This document shows, in pieces, positions 36,512 through 46,696 of a stretch of DNA of 64,000 nt. Both the position numbers and the translations under genes were made by a program. A model generated the notes under the pieces. It was not told the origin of the DNA, ran no database searches, and was given only the letters and a program-made list of their open reading frames with translations. How positions within the stretch are numbered: position 1 is the first letter of the stretch; every line of letters begins with the position of its first letter. The stretch comes from an uncultured Rhodospirillales bacterium (lineage in GTDB: Bacteria > Pseudomonadota > Alphaproteobacteria > RF32 > CAG-239), in the NCBI GenBank assembly GCA_902763185.1, contig CACWQT010000004.1, forward strand, positions 54,535 to 118,534, in the 5' to 3' direction.

Positions 36512-37492
36512 ATGGGAAAGCTGGAAGATCAAGTATTAACCTCTGTGTTGAGACCGCTTGCCTATTGGTATGAGCAGGATAATATTGAAGAGGTGGCAAT
36601 CAACCACCCCGGAGATATTTGGCTTCGTCTGCGTGGTAAACGAGCTTTTCCTTGGGTAAATTACAAAGATCCGAAATTATCGCGTGAGTATCTCATCAAT
36701 TTATTGCACATTATCGCTAACCTAAATGACCAAGAATTTGATCCGATTAGCGGTTCACCTGTTGTTTATGCTCGTATTCCGGGCGGACACCGTTTTACCG
36801 GTGTTGCCGGCAAAAACATTGAATATGATTTGGATGACGCAGCCACCGGTGGTGTCGCAATAGCAATTCGTCTGCACACGGATGATGTGGCATTCGGTTT
36901 TGGTGATTATGGCTTGGAACAAGGAAAAGAATTAAAGCAGGTTAATCCCTTAAAAGATATCAAAGATCCACCGGATGCTTATGAAAGGTTATTATTAGCA
37001 CTGCGTCGCGGCGACCATATCCTGGTCAGCGGTGGAACGGGTACCGGTAAAACGACATTATTGAATAACCTATTAAAGCTTTTGGATATCCATAAACGTG
37101 TGATAACCGTAGAAGATACGCGCGAGTTGAATGTGCCGCAACCGAACCACGTTCATATCGTGTTATCCAGAACTGAGCAGACCAACAGTATGGACTATTC
37201 CAAAGTGATTGACTTAATTGTGCGTTTCACACCAGACGCCATCATCGGTGGTGAGATTTCCACCAGCAACGCGGCGGCTCTTTGGGAGCTGATGGGGTCT
37301 GGTCACGATAACTGCTTAGCAACTATTCACGCCGAGAGCTCGATGGCGGCATACGAAGCATTTGTAAAACGTATCATGAGAACATCTCCGCATATTGATG
37401 TGGAAAAGACCATTGAAGAAATGCGCCGCAAACTGCATGTAGTGCAAATTGTCCGTGACGGCAACATCCGCGGCATTACCGAAATTACTTAA
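36512..37492 (+). CDS. virB11: VirB11-family traffic ATPase
   Basis: 326 aa with Walker A SGGTGTGKTT, then RVITVEDTRELN, then GGEISTSNAAALWELMGSGHDNCLATIHAES (His box). Confidence 0.9.
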   Translation: MGKLEDQVLTSVLRPLAYWYEQDNIEEVAINHPGDIWLRLRGKRAFPWVNYKDPKLSREYLINLLHIIANLNDQEFDPISGSPVVYARIPGGHRFTGVAGKNIEYDLDDAATGGVAIAIRLHTDDVAFGFGDYGLEQGKELKQVNPLKDIKDPPDAYERLLLALRRGDHILVSGGTGTGKTTLLNNLLKLLDIHKRVITVEDTRELNVPQPNHVHIVLSRTEQTNSMDYSKVIDLIVRFTPDAIIGGEISTSNAAALWELMGSGHDNCLATIHAESSMAAYEAFVKRIMRTSPHIDVEKTIEEMRRKLHVVQIVRDGNIRGITEIT

Positions 37493-37498
37493 ATAAAG

Positions 37499-38143
37499 TT
37501 AGTCAACAAGTTCAGCCACTTCAGCCTTAAGCTCATCAAGGAACAGATTCTTTTCGGAACTGGTTTTAAGCACGTTAACGTGTGCCGCTGTGTGCTTGGT
37601 AATTTGAGCGTTGGTATTTGCAATAACTTTTTCCAGTTCTTTGGCGCTGATTTTATCAATTTTTGTTAAAACTATCTGATAAGTCACCGCCGCCTTATCC
37701 AACATATCCATAATTTCTTCATCAATTTTTTTGATACCATGTCTTGAATCAATCAACAAGAAAACACGCCTCAAACTGGCTCTGCCGACAAGATACATAT
37801 TGATGAGATTCTGCCAATTTTTAACAATATCCTTAGGCGCTTTGGCAAAGCCATACCCAGGTAAATCCACCACATAGAGTTTGTTTGCTAAATTAAAATA
37901 ATTAAGTTGCTGCGTGCGCCCCGGTGTAGAGGATGTTTTGGCCAACTTTCTTTGCCCGAAAAGCGCATTGATAAGACTTGATTTACCGACATTAGAGCGA
38001 CCGGCAAAGGCAATCTCCACCAAATCATCAGATGGTAATTGCTTTAAGTTGGCAACGCTTAACACAAAATCACATTTTTGGTTAAAAAGGTCTTTGCCTT
38101 TTTGCAAGCGTATTTTTTCTTCTTCCTCACTCAACTCAGCCAT
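37499..38143 (-). CDS. engB: Ribosome biogenesis GTPase EngB/YihA
   Basis: G1 motif GRSNVGKSSLINAL, G3 motif DLPGYGFA and TKIDK. It lies downstream of yidC, as in alphaproteobacteria. Confidence 0.85.
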   Translation of the reverse strand: MAELSEEEEKIRLQKGKDLFNQKCDFVLSVANLKQLPSDDLVEIAFAGRSNVGKSSLINALFGQRKLAKTSSTPGRTQQLNYFNLANKLYVVDLPGYGFAKAPKDIVKNWQNLINMYLVGRASLRRVFLLIDSRHGIKKIDEEIMDMLDKAAVTYQIVLTKIDKISAKELEKVIANTNAQITKHTAAHVNVLKTSSEKNLFLDELKAEVAELVD

Positions 38144-39810
38144 TATTTAACTCCGTTCTTTATCATAATTGCCTTTTGTTGAATGATAGATAGAATATTA
38201 CTCAATGTCCAGTAAATGACTAAACCTGAAGCAAAATGTCCGAGCATAAAGGTAAAGAACACCGGCATCAAAGCAAACATCCGAGCTTGGTCTTTGTTCA
38301 TAGGTTGCGGATTGAGCTTTTGTTGCAAATACATGGTTATCCCCATCAAGATTGGCCATACACCGATATCTATGAAACTCGGCACATAAATGTGTAACAT
38401 TTGCGATAAAGTCAAAGGATCTGGTGCAGACAAGTCTTTAATCCACCCTACAAACGGTGCATGTCTGATTTCAATAGAGAAATTAAGCACTTTATACAAA
38501 GAAAAGAATACCGGAATTTGAATAAACAGTGGCAAGCATCCTGATGCCGGATTGACTTTTTCTCGCTTATAAAGTTCCATGGTTGCCTGTTGGATGAGCA
38601 TATTATTGTTACCGTATTTCTCTTTAATGTCATTGAGCTTCGGCTGGAGTGCTTTCATCTTAGCCATACTGGTATAAGATTTATTGGCAATCGGGAACAT
38701 CAAAAGCCTTAAAATTGCCGCAAACAGCAAAATTGCCCAACCCATATTACCCAAATATCCATAAAGGAAATCTAAAATATAGAAAAACGGTTTAGTTAAG
38801 AAATAATACCACCCGAAATCAACCGCCAAATCAAACTTAGGTATGTTTAGCTCTTTTTTATATGTATCTAACAACTTAATCTCTTTTGCGCCGGCAAAAA
38901 GTTTATAAGTATAAGTTTTAGTTTTGTGTGCCGGAACAATGATTCTGTCACCTCTGAAATCAACTTGATAATTATCTCCGTCGCTGTTCTTAAACGTGAT
39001 ATTGGTATTTTGATTATTATCCAAAATAAGTGAACTGAACCAATATCTATCAGTAAAGCCAATCCAACCGCCTTTAGAATCAAGAGATTTAGTCGCACCT
39101 TTTTTAAGGTCGGAATATTTAAATTCTTTAAGTGTGTCATCAATAATACCAAGCATCCCTTCATGCACAACAGAGTTAGATTTTGCCTCACCCTTAATAT
39201 TTTTGCTGATAAGTGCATAAGGAAAAACTTCTAATTCTGTGCCGGAGTTATTTTCAATCTCATCAGTGATGGTAAACATATAATTATTATCAAGAGCAAT
39301 CTTGCGGATGATTGTAATACCATTACTATGCCATGTTAATGTAACAGGATGTTTAGGAGAAAGCTCATTATCTTTTGTTTGCCACATGGAACTAGGCGAA
39401 GGAAGTGTAACTTCTTTATCAAGTGTTAGCCACCCCAGTTCGGCAAAATAATGATTAAGTGTGCCTTGCGGCTTAAATAATTCCACATCATCATCACTAT
39501 CTAGTGTTTTTTTGTATTTTTTTAAGTAAAGATTGTCAAAGCGCGCCCCTTTAAGCCGGATACTTCCTAAAACAGCATCATTTTGGAGATTAAGCCGCGT
39601 ATCTTCTTTAACCGCACTTTGTGTATCCTGAAAAATCGGCTCTTGCGACGCAATCGTCTGAGGTGTGTCAGTAACTTCTGCATCAGCCACGGTTGGCACA
39701 GGTTGAGGCTTTACGCTGGGTTTATTTAGTCCAAAGAAAGCATTAACGGAATAAATAGCAATAAATGACAGCACAACCGCCAAAGCTAAAGATTTCTTTT
39801 CATCGTTCAT
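38143..39810 (-). CDS. yidC: Membrane protein insertase YidC
   Basis: The ORF is open to 39828, but the likely start is MNDEKKSLALAVVL. It has a large periplasmic domain and then the conserved core GWAILLFAAILRLLMFPI...MKALQPKLNDIKEKYG...GCLPLFIQIPVFFSLY. Confidence 0.9.
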   Translation of the reverse strand: MNDEKKSLALAVVLSFIAIYSVNAFFGLNKPSVKPQPVPTVADAEVTDTPQTIASQEPIFQDTQSAVKEDTRLNLQNDAVLGSIRLKGARFDNLYLKKYKKTLDSDDDVELFKPQGTLNHYFAELGWLTLDKEVTLPSPSSMWQTKDNELSPKHPVTLTWHSNGITIIRKIALDNNYMFTITDEIENNSGTELEVFPYALISKNIKGEAKSNSVVHEGMLGIIDDTLKEFKYSDLKKGATKSLDSKGGWIGFTDRYWFSSLILDNNQNTNITFKNSDGDNYQVDFRGDRIIVPAHKTKTYTYKLFAGAKEIKLLDTYKKELNIPKFDLAVDFGWYYFLTKPFFYILDFLYGYLGNMGWAILLFAAILRLLMFPIANKSYTSMAKMKALQPKLNDIKEKYGNNNMLIQQATMELYKREKVNPASGCLPLFIQIPVFFSLYKVLNFSIEIRHAPFVGWIKDLSAPDPLTLSQMLHIYVPSFIDIGVWPILMGITMYLQQKLNPQPMNKDQARMFALMPVFFTFMLGHFASGLVIYWTLSNILSIIQQKAIMIKNGVK

Positions 39811-39888
39811 CTCAAAAAAACACTCCAAAATTTATATTCTATCCGTTTGTAATCTAAAAAAGCGTGATTGTAAAGCATTTCCAAGCGG

Positions 39889-40161
39889 TTAATCAGCGCT
39901 CTTTTCTTTATGGTCCTCTTTTTCGGGAACTGGGTCAAATCCGGAACCGCCCCACGGATGACAACGGCCGATTCGTTTAAGTCCTAAAATAACACCGTGC
40001 CAAGCACCGTGTTTTTGAATAGCCTCAATCATATATTCTGAGCAAGTCGGTTTATAGCGACACGCCACCGGCAACCATGGGGAAATTGCTTTTTTATAAA
40101 ATGTAACACCCTCGATAAGCAAATACGAAACAAAAGATTGCAAACTATGCATGATCTTCAT
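39889..40161 (-). CDS. yidD: Membrane protein insertion efficiency factor YidD
   Basis: [59 protein letters not shown]. The start is uncertain because the ORF is open to 40185 and overlaps the rnpA end. Confidence 0.8.
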   Translation of the reverse strand: MKIMHSLQSFVSYLLIEGVTFYKKAISPWLPVACRYKPTCSEYMIEAIQKHGAWHGVILGLKRIGRCHPWGGSGFDPVPEKEDHKEKSAD

Positions 40162-40549
40162 TTTCTGTTTTATCCTTATCAGCAAGGGTATTTGCTTCTA
40201 TAAACGTTTTATTGATTTTTTTTATCGCATAAACTGTATCGCTTTTAAGTTCTTGATAATCACAAAATGGTGTAGAATTACGAGCGATAAACACATAATC
40301 CGTATGAGGCAGAGCATGCTTAGCCAACACCTCACGCACCACAGCGCGTAGCCGCCGCTTACTCTTGTTGCGTAGCACAGCATTACCGATTTTTTTTGTG
40401 GCGGTGTATCCCACCATAATATCATCAGATACAGATAAACTGGGAGCCGCCTGAAGCACCATATTGTGTGTAGCAACAAAAGCACTCTTAGCGACTCTTA
40501 GAAAATCTTTTCGTTTTTTAAATGTAAAAATTTTTACCATATTGCGCAA
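40145..40549 (-). CDS. rnpA: Ribonuclease P protein component
   Basis: Basic ~130-aa protein directly after rpmH, with [10 protein letters not shown]...[27 protein letters not shown]. Confidence 0.8.
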   Translation of the reverse strand: MRNMVKIFTFKKRKDFLRVAKSAFVATHNMVLQAAPSLSVSDDIMVGYTATKKIGNAVLRNKSKRRLRAVVREVLAKHALPHTDYVFIARNSTPFCDYQELKSDTVYAIKKINKTFIEANTLADKDKTENEDHA

Positions 40550-40551
40550 AA

Positions 40552-40686
40552 TTAAGCAGAAAGCTTTTTACGACCTCTTGCACGACGTGCAGCTAAAACT
40601 TTACGTCCGCCGGCGGTTGCCATACGAGTGCGGAAACCGTGGCGATGAGCTCTAACGAGCTTGCTTGGTTGATAAGTTCTTTTCAT
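40552..40686 (-). CDS. rpmH: 50S ribosomal protein L34
   Basis: Below the ORF-track size cutoff. My translation is [44 protein letters not shown], with GGAGAT as RBS. Confidence 0.9.
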   Translation of the reverse strand: MKRTYQPSKLVRAHRHGFRTRMATAGGRKVLAARRARGRKKLSA

Positions 40687-40754
40687 ATTAAAATCTCCGG
40701 TTAAATTATTTATTATTTAAAGGCTTTCCCCATGAAAGCCTCTCGGTTCGGGAA

Positions 40755-40783
40755 ATGTATAATGTCATTTTACTGATAAGTCA
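40755..40783 (-). promoter_or_regulatory. Candidate promoter of the rpmH operon
   Basis: On the minus strand: TTGACT (40783-40778), 17-nt spacer, TATACA (40760-40755). A 7-bp hairpin aggcttt/aaagcct (about 40715-40735) lies in the predicted leader. Confidence 0.4.
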
Positions 40784-40880
40784 ACATTTTTTTACCTTAA
40801 AGCTCATGCCTTTAAAATCGCTTGCAAAATAAAATAAATATGCTATAAAATAAGCATACTATGGAGGTTTAGTTCTTGCT

Positions 40881-41234
40881 ATGATAATTGACAGCAAAAA
40901 TGAAACGCAAAAAAGTATATTAACCAACAAATGTTTTTATCAGACTACGGCGCAGATTATGCACGAGTTTGAACAGAAAGGTTATGCCAATTCGGCAGAT
41001 GAAACCGCCAAAGTAATTGCCGCCTATCATGATGTGGTGCAAAAAAAGGCTAAAAATCATTTTAATAAAGACTATAATGAGGCGTTCAAAAAAATTGATG
41101 ACGCCATTAAAGGCTTAGCTAATAAAGTTTTTTATAGTGAAAAAGAAAGCATGGACCAGGCATATAAATCTTTTGTAAAGTTTGACTATATCAATGCCAT
41201 CATTGGTCGCCAACGCACCAAGAAAAAAATTTGA
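40881..41234 (+). CDS. Hypothetical protein
   Basis: 117-aa ORF preceded by GGAGG and a TTGCAA-16-nt-TATAAA element (40822-40849, with TGn). No family recognised. Confidence 0.4.
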   Translation: MIIDSKNETQKSILTNKCFYQTTAQIMHEFEQKGYANSADETAKVIAAYHDVVQKKAKNHFNKDYNEAFKKIDDAIKGLANKVFYSEKESMDQAYKSFVKFDYINAIIGRQRTKKKI

Positions 41235-41340
41235 GTCTCCTTTTATTACTCATTCTTGTTAATTTCTTTAAAACTTGGTTTGCCAAGCGCCCGTTTGCAC
41301 TTTAATTTTTGCATATACGTATGATATAAGAGAGGTTAAT

Positions 41341-42315
41341 ATGGCAGAAATTTCTGTAATCGGCAGTGGTCGTTGGGGCACGTTTTTGGCATGGTATGCT
41401 GCAAACTATTGTCACATGGATAAAGTAAAAATTTATAGCAAGCCGGATGCACCGGATTTTATTGAACTTAAAGAAACACGTAAGAATCCTTATTTATCTT
41501 TAACGGATAATATGGAATTGCACGAGAATATCGCTGATATTTTGGATAATGACCTGATTATCATTTCGATTGGCAGCCAACACGTACGCTCACTGGCAAA
41601 AGAGCTGAACAGTTATAATGTGGCCGGTAAAACCTTTCTTTTGGCAATGAAAGGTTTAGAAGAGCCAAATGCTAAAATCTTAAGCGATGTAATGAGAGAA
41701 GAAATCAATGTGCCGATACATATTGCAACTTTAGGTGGCCCTGGGCATGTTCAGGATTATATGAAAAAAGTTCCCTCCTGCGCAGTAATAGATAGCGATG
41801 AGGATATTGTAAAAGAGCGAGTCGTTAAAACCTTGCAAAGCGAGCTTATCCGATTTTACTATGGCTCAGATTTTATCGGCAATCAAATCGGCGCAGCACT
41901 AAAAAACGTGATAGGCATCGCGGCCGGTATCTTGGATGGTTTAGAGTGGTATGGCTTAAAAGGTGCTTTAATGGCGCGTGCACCGGTAGAAGTTGGGCGC
42001 TTTATCAAGCACTTTGGCGGCAACCCGATGACTGCTTACGGTTTATCTCATTTAGGCGATTATGAGGCAACATTGTTCTCTAAGCATAGTCATAATCGTA
42101 TGTTTGGCGAAATGCTTGCTAAAGGCGAGAGCTTCGGAAAATTGGCAGAAGGTTATTATACCCTAAAGGCAGTCAAGAATATTGCCGATAAGGAAGATAT
42201 CAGTATGCCGATTTGCCAAGGCCTGTATAAAGCGGTTTATGAAGGTGCTGATGTTAAACAGACGATTCGCACCATGTTTGACCGCAATCTAAAACAAGAA
42301 TTTGACCAGTTTTAG
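41341..42315 (+). CDS. gpsA: NAD(P)H-dependent glycerol-3-phosphate dehydrogenase
   Basis: The ORF is open from 41275, but the likely start is MAEISVIGSGRWGT (Rossmann motif). It also has KNVIGIAAGILDGLEWYGLKGALMARAPVEVGRF. Confidence 0.8.
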   Translation: MAEISVIGSGRWGTFLAWYAANYCHMDKVKIYSKPDAPDFIELKETRKNPYLSLTDNMELHENIADILDNDLIIISIGSQHVRSLAKELNSYNVAGKTFLLAMKGLEEPNAKILSDVMREEINVPIHIATLGGPGHVQDYMKKVPSCAVIDSDEDIVKERVVKTLQSELIRFYYGSDFIGNQIGAALKNVIGIAAGILDGLEWYGLKGALMARAPVEVGRFIKHFGGNPMTAYGLSHLGDYEATLFSKHSHNRMFGEMLAKGESFGKLAEGYYTLKAVKNIADKEDISMPICQGLYKAVYEGADVKQTIRTMFDRNLKQEFDQF

Positions 42316-42321
42316 AAAAAA

Positions 42322-43545
42322 TCAAATTAACCGTGCAGTATTATCCTTTATTTCAAAAAACTGAGCCATATCTTTAATACGCGTAAACTCAAAAAGAGAA
42401 GTCGTTGTAAGCCAACATTGTGTTTGAAGCGCGGCGATTTTATCTAAAAACGCATCGCGCTTAAAATCATCCAAATGCGCTGCCACTTCATCTAACAAAA
42501 GGATTGGCGGATATCCGCGATAGGCAGTCAAGCATTTAGCTTGAGAAAGAATAATGCTGAGTAACAATGACTTTTGTTCGCCGGTAGAACACAATGCTGC
42601 CGGCATATTCTTTTGCTTGTAATAGGCTTTGAGGTCAGTTTTACTCACCTCGGTTGCGGTGTCATTATAAAGGATGCTGCGCCGCTGTCTCATAAGCGAT
42701 TCGCGATAAAAATCTTCCACGTAAACGGCCGGCTTTTGTGTAATCATCTGTTCCAAGGTGCCGTCAAGCTCCAAATAAACATCAGGGAAAATGTCGTCAC
42801 TATTCTTTTCCATAAAATTATTAAGCTTGTTAACTTGCTCCAACCTTGCCGCGGCAATTGCTACGCCATATCCGGCCATTTGTTCTTCTAAAGAACTAAG
42901 CCACCTTTGATTCGGATTGTTACCTTTTAAGACCTGTATCCATTGGCGATAAAGATTATCAAAAGCTGATAATCTCTTAGCATGATCGGTATCAAATGCA
43001 TAGACGATTCTATCTAAAAAACTACGCCGATTCTGCGCCCCACCCAAGAATAGCCTGTCCATTTGTGGTGTTACCCAAATAAGTGAAATAAAATTTCCCA
43101 ATTCATTTTGCGAAGAGAGTTTTTGATTATTAACTTGAACGATTCGCCGCTCAACTTCTTTCAGTTCATTATCATCGCTTTCTCTGATTTGACTCTCCAC
43201 AGATGTGCCGATGACAAACTCGTCATCATCGCGCATAATTTGAGCCGAAACTGTCCAACCGGTTTGTGAATCAAAAGAGTTATTTTTAAGCTTTGGGATA
43301 AAATCAAGCGTTTTAATTTCGGATAATTTGGCGTTTCTCAAGCCGCGCCCTTGGGATAAAAAGGATATGGCTTCTAAGATATTGGTTTTGCCGCTTCCGT
43401 TTTCGCCGCTTAAAACAACAAACGGCTTATCAAGTGACAATCTTAAAAAACGATAATTACGAAAATTAACTAAGGTTAGATTGCCGACCGCAGACCTAAC
43501 CTTAGCATTATTTATCAAAAAATCATCGCACTTTTGAGTATTCAC
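42322..43545 (-). CDS. recF: DNA replication and repair protein RecF
   Basis: Walker A GENGSGKTNILEAI, signature STGEQKSLLLSIILSQ and LLLDEVAAHLD. It follows dnaN. Confidence 0.9.
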   Translation of the reverse strand: MNTQKCDDFLINNAKVRSAVGNLTLVNFRNYRFLRLSLDKPFVVLSGENGSGKTNILEAISFLSQGRGLRNAKLSEIKTLDFIPKLKNNSFDSQTGWTVSAQIMRDDDEFVIGTSVESQIRESDDNELKEVERRIVQVNNQKLSSQNELGNFISLIWVTPQMDRLFLGGAQNRRSFLDRIVYAFDTDHAKRLSAFDNLYRQWIQVLKGNNPNQRWLSSLEEQMAGYGVAIAAARLEQVNKLNNFMEKNSDDIFPDVYLELDGTLEQMITQKPAVYVEDFYRESLMRQRRSILYNDTATEVSKTDLKAYYKQKNMPAALCSTGEQKSLLLSIILSQAKCLTAYRGYPPILLLDEVAAHLDDFKRDAFLDKIAALQTQCWLTTTSLFEFTRIKDMAQFFEIKDNTARLI

Positions 43546-44664
43546 TTAGATTCTCATCGGCATTAATACATAAATTGCACTGTTATCAGAAGTATCATTG
43601 ATAACGGTTGCCGCAGCACTACCAGACAAGCTAAAGCGAACATCATCGCCTTTAATTTGTGCTAAGATATCCAAGAGATAACGGAAGTTATATCCGGTAT
43701 CAATCGATTCTTTGTCATATTTTGCTTCTAACTCTTCGGTTGCATTACCCAACTCTGCATTAGAAGCGGCAATCGTTACACGATTCGTATCTGTAATCAA
43801 GCGGATTCCACGACTACGCTCGGTAACAACCGAAACACGGTCAACCGCCGCAGACAACTCTTTTACATTAACTTCTAAAATTTTATCATTATCTGTCGGA
43901 ATAACGCGTTCATAATCTGGGAAAGTACCATCAATCAACTTGGATGTCAAAGTAACATCTTCAAAAGAAATACGAACTTTGTTTTCAGATAAAGCCATAG
44001 CAACGGTATCGGTTGAGGCATCATCCAAAAGTTTGCGAATTTCTAAAACAGACTTTCTCGGAATAATAACACCTTCTAACTTCTCAGCACCTTGTGGTAA
44101 CGGCGATTCGGCACAAGCTAAACGGTGTCCGTCTGTTGCAACAACACGCAAAACATTAGCTTCGCCTTCTGTTTTGGCATGAACGTATAAACCGTTTAAG
44201 TAATAACGTGCTTCTTCAACGGAGGCAGAAAATTGTGTGCGGTCAATCAAAGTCTTTAATTCATCTTTATTTATCTCAAAATTAATCGGCAAATTATCAC
44301 CGGAAATGACCGGAAAGTCTTCTACACCGATTGTAGAAAGCGAGAAGTTAGAGCGCCCCGAAGCAATAGTTAAAGCCCCTTTGTCATTTGGATAAGTAAG
44401 CTCAACATCAGAACCTTCTGAAAGCTTTCTGACAATATCATACAGCATATGTGCAGGAGCAGTTGTCGCGCCTTCTTCGGCAATTTTAGCTTCCACAATT
44501 TCCGTGATTTCAATATCCATATCGGTCGCCTTGAAGTTAATGGTATTGTCCTTGGCTTCAATGCGAACATTTGATAAGACCGGTATGGTGTTTCTTTTCT
44601 CAACAATGCTTTGAACATGGCTGAGTGTTTTTAGTAAATGAGCACGTTCTATTGTAAATTTCAT
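43546..44664 (-). CDS. dnaN: DNA polymerase III beta sliding clamp
   Basis: The likely start is MKFTIERAHLLKTLSHVQSIVEKRNTIPVLSNVRIEA (the ORF is open to 44715). It ends ...AIYVLMPMRI. Confidence 0.9.
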   Translation of the reverse strand: MKFTIERAHLLKTLSHVQSIVEKRNTIPVLSNVRIEAKDNTINFKATDMDIEITEIVEAKIAEEGATTAPAHMLYDIVRKLSEGSDVELTYPNDKGALTIASGRSNFSLSTIGVEDFPVISGDNLPINFEINKDELKTLIDRTQFSASVEEARYYLNGLYVHAKTEGEANVLRVVATDGHRLACAESPLPQGAEKLEGVIIPRKSVLEIRKLLDDASTDTVAMALSENKVRISFEDVTLTSKLIDGTFPDYERVIPTDNDKILEVNVKELSAAVDRVSVVTERSRGIRLITDTNRVTIAASNAELGNATEELEAKYDKESIDTGYNFRYLLDILAQIKGDDVRFSLSGSAAATVINDTSDNSAIYVLMPMRI

Positions 44665-44775
44665 TATTTTTATCCCAAAAAAAAGACTTGTTTCAAACTT
44701 CTTACAATTTATCACAAATCAATAAAATCAGAAGTCAAAAAACAAGTCTTCAACAATTTTTTTGAAAAACACAAA

Positions 44776-46236
44776 TTAGTTTTCTAAAGTGCGTCTCAAA
44801 ATCTCAATGTTTTCGGCTAAGGTCGGATCTTCAACAATCAACTCTTCCACTTTTCTTACTGCGTGCATAACTGTTGTGTGATCTCTGTCAAATTTGCGTC
44901 CGATTTCAGGAAGCGAACGAGAGGTTAACTGCTTTGCTAAATACATAGCAACTTGGCGCGGTCTGGCCACCGTGCGAGCGCGGCGAGATGACTGCAACTC
45001 TTTAACCGAGATATTGAAATGTTCGGCAACTTTCTTCTGTATCTCATCGATTGTTGTCTTACGGTCAATGGAGCGAAGCATATCCTTTAATACATCTTGT
45101 GTCATATCAAGGGTGATTTCTTTTGCTCCTGAAAGAAGTTGTGAATGAGCCGCAACACGTTTCAAAGAACCTTCAAGCTCACGCACATTTGATGTAATCT
45201 TTTGAGCCAAGAACTCTGCAACTTTGAGCGGAAGTTCAATTCCCATAAGTTGTGCCTTCTTTTGCAAAATACCGATTCTTAAATCAAAATCCGTCGGCAT
45301 AATATCAACCACCAAACCACCTGCTAAACGAGACTTAAGGCGTTCTTCAATACCTTCCAAATCCGTCGGAGATTTATCGGCAGAAATGATAACTTGTTTA
45401 CCTTCTGCAACAAGAGAACTGAATGTGTGAAGAAACTCATCTTGTGTGGTGCCTTTGTTGCCCATAAATTGAAAGTCATCAACCATCAAAACATCAACAG
45501 AACGGAATTGCTCCTTAAATGCTGCAGTATCTTTGTAACGAAGAGCCTTAACAAACTTAAATACAAATTGTTCGGCGGTTAAATAGATAACATTGCGTGT
45601 CGGGTCATTTTTCTTTATATGCCAAATAATAGATTGCATTAAGTGTGTTTTACCCAAGCCTACGCTAGAATACAAAAATAAAGGATTAAAGGAAACGTTC
45701 TTAGCTTCAGCAACTTTGTGTGCGGCAGCATACGCAAATTCATTGGTTTTGCCAACCACAAAGTTTTCAAAGGTATAATTAGGATTAAGCGGTGCGGCAT
45801 TATTAATTGCATTATTTTTTACCGTATCATTTGCCAGACTTGCACCTGAAACCAATCCGAAATCTTTATTACTGATATTACTTCCGTAAACATTTTGCGG
45901 TGTAGGTGTTGAGGATATTTGTTTCAATAAAGAGGAATCCACACTACGACGACTACTGAATCCGGACTGAACCACAAAATTTACTTTTTTTATGCTGGGA
46001 TTTCTTTGTTCCCATATTTTATTAATTCTGTCAGCATAATGTGTAACAACCCAGTTTTTCATAAAAGCGGTCGGTGCGCATACATTCATCTCCCCATTCT
46101 TAAAATCACCGACTGTCAACGGTTTTAACCAACTATCAAAAGCAGTTGCTCCGAATTCTGTTTTTAATTGGCAGCAAATCTGATCCCATTGTGCGTTAAA
46201 AGAATTCAATTCACTTGCCAAAGCTTCTTCTGCCAT
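44776..46236 (-). CDS. dnaA: Chromosomal replication initiator DnaA
   Basis: AAA+ Walker A SSVGLGKTHLMQSI, Walker B LMVDDFQF, and a C-terminal DNA-binding domain RPRQVAMYLAKQLTSRSLPEIGRKFDRDHTTVMHAVRKVEEL. An alternative start lies at 46251. Confidence 0.95.
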   Translation of the reverse strand: MAEEALASELNSFNAQWDQICCQLKTEFGATAFDSWLKPLTVGDFKNGEMNVCAPTAFMKNWVVTHYADRINKIWEQRNPSIKKVNFVVQSGFSSRRSVDSSLLKQISSTPTPQNVYGSNISNKDFGLVSGASLANDTVKNNAINNAAPLNPNYTFENFVVGKTNEFAYAAAHKVAEAKNVSFNPLFLYSSVGLGKTHLMQSIIWHIKKNDPTRNVIYLTAEQFVFKFVKALRYKDTAAFKEQFRSVDVLMVDDFQFMGNKGTTQDEFLHTFSSLVAEGKQVIISADKSPTDLEGIEERLKSRLAGGLVVDIMPTDFDLRIGILQKKAQLMGIELPLKVAEFLAQKITSNVRELEGSLKRVAAHSQLLSGAKEITLDMTQDVLKDMLRSIDRKTTIDEIQKKVAEHFNISVKELQSSRRARTVARPRQVAMYLAKQLTSRSLPEIGRKFDRDHTTVMHAVRKVEELIVEDPTLAENIEILRRTLEN

Positions 46237-46696
46237 ATATCCATCTCCCACATTCTAGATATTTACATACAAATAGTTAATTGGTTAAGCGGTTGGATTA
46301 TAAGAGGATAGATTCTCTCAGCTTTTTATTTAAGAAACTGATGCTTCATTCACTCTTTATATCTGTAACCGGTTATGTGCTAGGGATAATTTTTTAAAGA
46401 GAAGATTATTTGCTGTTTTCTATACTTTGATACCTTATCTGAATCGAAGTGGAATCGTCTATTATAAAGCTGTATAACCCTCTTAAAAATTACTCCTGAA
46501 ATCTCATAACAAGAGGAATGCTAAACATAAAAAAATGAAATCACAACCACTTTTTTTAACATTTTTTAAATAATTTGGCTTGACAAGTTTTTTAAAACGA
46601 TTCGGAATTAAGTGTCTGAAAATACAAACAAAAAACGCAAATACCCACACCAAGATGAAGGTATTTGCGAAACCTTATCAAATAAACAAAAAAGAA

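Larger units (their letters stand above)
5464..37492 (+). other. VirB-type type IV secretion locus, co-oriented, atypical composition
   Basis: Gene order is virB2 x3, virB3, virB4, six VirB5/TrbJ-like secreted proteins, virB8, virB7-like, virB8, virB9-SPOR, giant repeat protein, repeat-expanded virB10, virB11. Most junctions are short or overlapping, and genes have strong GGAG-type ribosome-binding sites. Confidence 0.85.

Noticed and set aside
5464-37492. The T4SS locus as an integrated conjugative element or genomic island.
   Set aside because: No integrase, relaxase, coupling protein, flanking tRNA or direct repeats are present in the window. The right boundary abuts engB-yidC-rnpA-rpmH with a 6-nt gap. 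Spot G+C counts (virB4 and virB11 about 45-55 %, most other T4SS genes about 38-42 %) overlap the spread seen in core genes (dnaA and mfd about 35-37 %, recG and the J-protein about 48-50 %). Composition therefore gives no clear island signal without proper statistics.
46252-46696. Chromosomal origin (oriC) in the rpsT-dnaA spacer.
   Set aside because: No cluster of good DnaA boxes was found on manual scanning, only isolated 6-7/9 matches. Alphaproteobacterial origins are usually not next to dnaA. The question is left as a low-interest finding rather than a feature.
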